From Opitutia bacterium (lineage in GTDB: Bacteria; Verrucomicrobiota; Verrucomicrobiia; Opitutales; T3Sed10-336), in the NCBI GenBank assembly GCA_050506795.1, contig JBJHCF010000013.1, positions 34,151-98,150 on the forward strand: a stretch of DNA of 64,000 bases, given 5' to 3'. Each line of letters begins with the position of its first letter. The first letter of the stretch is position 1. The notes under the pieces were generated by a model that ran no database searches, was not told the DNA's origin, and saw nothing but the letters and a program-made list of their open reading frames with translations. Below are positions 62,264 through 64,000 of this stretch, in pieces. The position numbers were made by a program, and so were the translations under genes.

Positions 62264-63865
62264 ATGAGTTCCTTTCTTATTGAAATTCCCATTCCTTCCA
62301 TGGGAGCCACTGTGAACGAGATGACGCTGATCGACCTGCACGTCGGGGACGGCGATACCATCTCCAAGGGGCAGAAGATCGCGGAATTTGAAAGTGACAA
62401 GTCCGTGTTCGATTACGAGGCGCCTTGTGACGGCACGGTGAAGGCGGTGCGTTGCCGTGCGGGCGATGTGATCGCGATCGGCGAGCCGTTCCTGGAGGTT
62501 GAGACCGAGGACGACTCGCTCAGTCACCTGGCCGCCGGCGGCAAACAGGCTTCGGCTTCCAACGGCGATGTCGCCGTGGCCCGACCGGCGAAGGCGGTCC
62601 GCCCTCCCGCCGCGGTTCCGGCGTCGAAAGCAGCCGCCCACCCCGCGTCCCGCGACTCCGCCCCGGCGCGCCCGGCGGCGGAGGGTCCGCGATGGACCCC
62701 GCGCGCGCTCAAGATCGCCCGCGAGGCCGGGCTGGATCCTTCGGTGCTGACAGAGGTCCCCGCTACCGGACCGGGGGGCAGAGTTTCCGGCGACGATATC
62801 GAGAACTTTTTGCGGGATCGGAAAGAAGCGTCCCCCGGGACGGCCCCCGTTGCCGTTAGCGCGCCTTCGGCCGCCGAGGACCGGGAGACCGTTCGGGTGG
62901 TCGGCATGGGGTACGCGGTGCCCCGCACGGTGCGGTCGAACAAGGAGATTCTCAAGGCATTCCCTCATATGACCGAGGAGGAGATCATTCGCATCACCGG
63001 GATTCACCAGAGGTACTACGCCGAACCGGACGAGACCGCCACCAGGCTGGCGGCCACCGCCAGCGAACACGCTCTCAAGATGGCCGGAATGGATGTAAAG
63101 GAACTGGATGGTGTTATCCTGGCCACCATCATTCCCGATCAGCCGGTGCCCAGCGCGGCCAGCGATCTCGCCCGGCATTTGGGGATTCCGGGCGCCCTGG
63201 CCTTCGACCTGAACGCGGCCTGCTCGGGATGGCTCTACGCCCTGGAGGTGGGCCGGGCATTCATCCGCTCGGGCACGGCCCGGAAGCTCCTGGTGGTGAC
63301 CGCCGAACTGTTGTCCCGCATCACCAATCCGCGCGATCACGCCACCGCTTTCCTGTTTGGCGACGGAGCCGGCGCGGCGATTCTGACCGGCGACGAAGGC
63401 GGTCATCGTCTGAGCCGCATGGCGCTCAGCGGCGATGCCCGTCACTTCGAGGCGATTCAGCGGATGGGAGGCGGAGCGCGCATGCCCATGCCCTCGGGCG
63501 AAACCAACCTGGAGCAGTTCTACATCAGCATGGACGGCCCCGTGGTGTTCAAGCAGGCGGTCAAAGCGTTTGGCGATATTATCGAGAGCACGGTGAAGCG
63601 TCACGGCCTGACCCCGGAAGAGATCGACTGGATCGTCCCGCACCAGGCCAACGAGCGGATTCTCCGGGCGGTCAGTAAACGGGTGGGGATTCCCTACGAT
63701 CGCTTCGTCATGACCATCAGCAAATACGGCAACACCTCCGCAGCCTCGGTCTCCATGGCGCTGGGCTGGGCGGCTGAGGAGGGAATCCTGAACGACGGCG
63801 ACAAGATTGTATTCTGTTCGGTAGGCGCCGGGCTGACCTACGCCGGCGGTCTGCTCACTTGGTGA
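62264..63865 (+). CDS. Fusion protein: lipoyl domain + peripheral subunit (E1/E3)-binding domain + beta-ketoacyl-ACP synthase III (FabH)
   Basis: Lipoyl motif EFESDKSVFDYEAPCDG, Ala/Pro linker, PSBD TPRALKIAREAGLD...ATGPGGRVSGDDI, and KAS III triad AACSG (C320), PHQAN (H460), YGNTSAAS (N490). Confidence 0.92.
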   Translation: MSSFLIEIPIPSMGATVNEMTLIDLHVGDGDTISKGQKIAEFESDKSVFDYEAPCDGTVKAVRCRAGDVIAIGEPFLEVETEDDSLSHLAAGGKQASASNGDVAVARPAKAVRPPAAVPASKAAAHPASRDSAPARPAAEGPRWTPRALKIAREAGLDPSVLTEVPATGPGGRVSGDDIENFLRDRKEASPGTAPVAVSAPSAAEDRETVRVVGMGYAVPRTVRSNKEILKAFPHMTEEEIIRITGIHQRYYAEPDETATRLAATASEHALKMAGMDVKELDGVILATIIPDQPVPSAASDLARHLGIPGALAFDLNAACSGWLYALEVGRAFIRSGTARKLLVVTAELLSRITNPRDHATAFLFGDGAGAAILTGDEGGHRLSRMALSGDARHFEAIQRMGGGARMPMPSGETNLEQFYISMDGPVVFKQAVKAFGDIIESTVKRHGLTPEEIDWIVPHQANERILRAVSKRVGIPYDRFVMTISKYGNTSAASVSMALGWAAEEGILNDGDKIVFCSVGAGLTYAGGLLTW

Positions 63866-63887
63866 GCGGGTTGTCACGATATCGAAT

Positions 63888-64000
63888 CCCGTAGCGCCCT
63901 GCTTCAGCGGGCGTCTGTGTGGCGTGCGGACGGTTGGTCCGGGAAAGGAAGACTCCGGCTTGAAGCACGGAGCTACGGGGAAGCTCGGATGCCGTAGCGC
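63888..64000. repeat. GTAG-type REP elements in inverted arrangement (BIME/REPIN-like); array runs off the window
   Basis: CCCGTAGCGCCCTGCTTCAGCGGGCG (63888-63913), an inverted copy CCCGTAGCTCCGTGCTTCAAGCCGGAG (minus strand, 63979-63953), and a third copy beginning CCGTAGCGC at 63992. Confidence 0.7.

Overview
This is a GC-rich bacterial chromosomal window with about 50 protein-coding genes. I found no rRNA, tRNA, CRISPR array, integrase or transposase. Gene content and the Y-x-x-W...S-x-D-L-x-x-W...F-F-R-L tails of secreted proteins suggest Verrucomicrobia (Opitutae-like); this is an inference, not a database result. Housekeeping genes include gcvP (partial), hrpB, pyrE, galK, prmA, a polyprenyl synthetase, fumC, an lptF/G permease, an rlmI-like methyltransferase, an FKBP, proA, pyrG and kdsA. 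The window also holds two sigma54 activators, an RND pump, a phosphorelay operon containing an orphan PilB/GspE ATPase, a large S8 protease, a GH76-GH85 fusion behind two transglutaminase-like genes, and a GH88/uronate catabolic cluster. The top candidate for a novel system is 62264-63865, a protein with the lipoyl domain, linker and E1/E3-binding domain of a 2-oxoacid dehydrogenase E2 subunit. In place of the E2 acyltransferase core it carries an intact FabH (KAS III) that has lost the residues that bind the CoA adenine, which suggests CoA-independent priming of fatty-acid synthesis directly from a lipoyl arm. Other notable items are a GH85 domain lacking its catalytic residues, a 68-aa protein with a FliM/CheZ-like CheY-docking motif between a CheY and PilB, an unannotated (possibly frameshifted) small ORF under a sigma54 promoter, GTAG-type REP elements and period-7 intergenic repeats.
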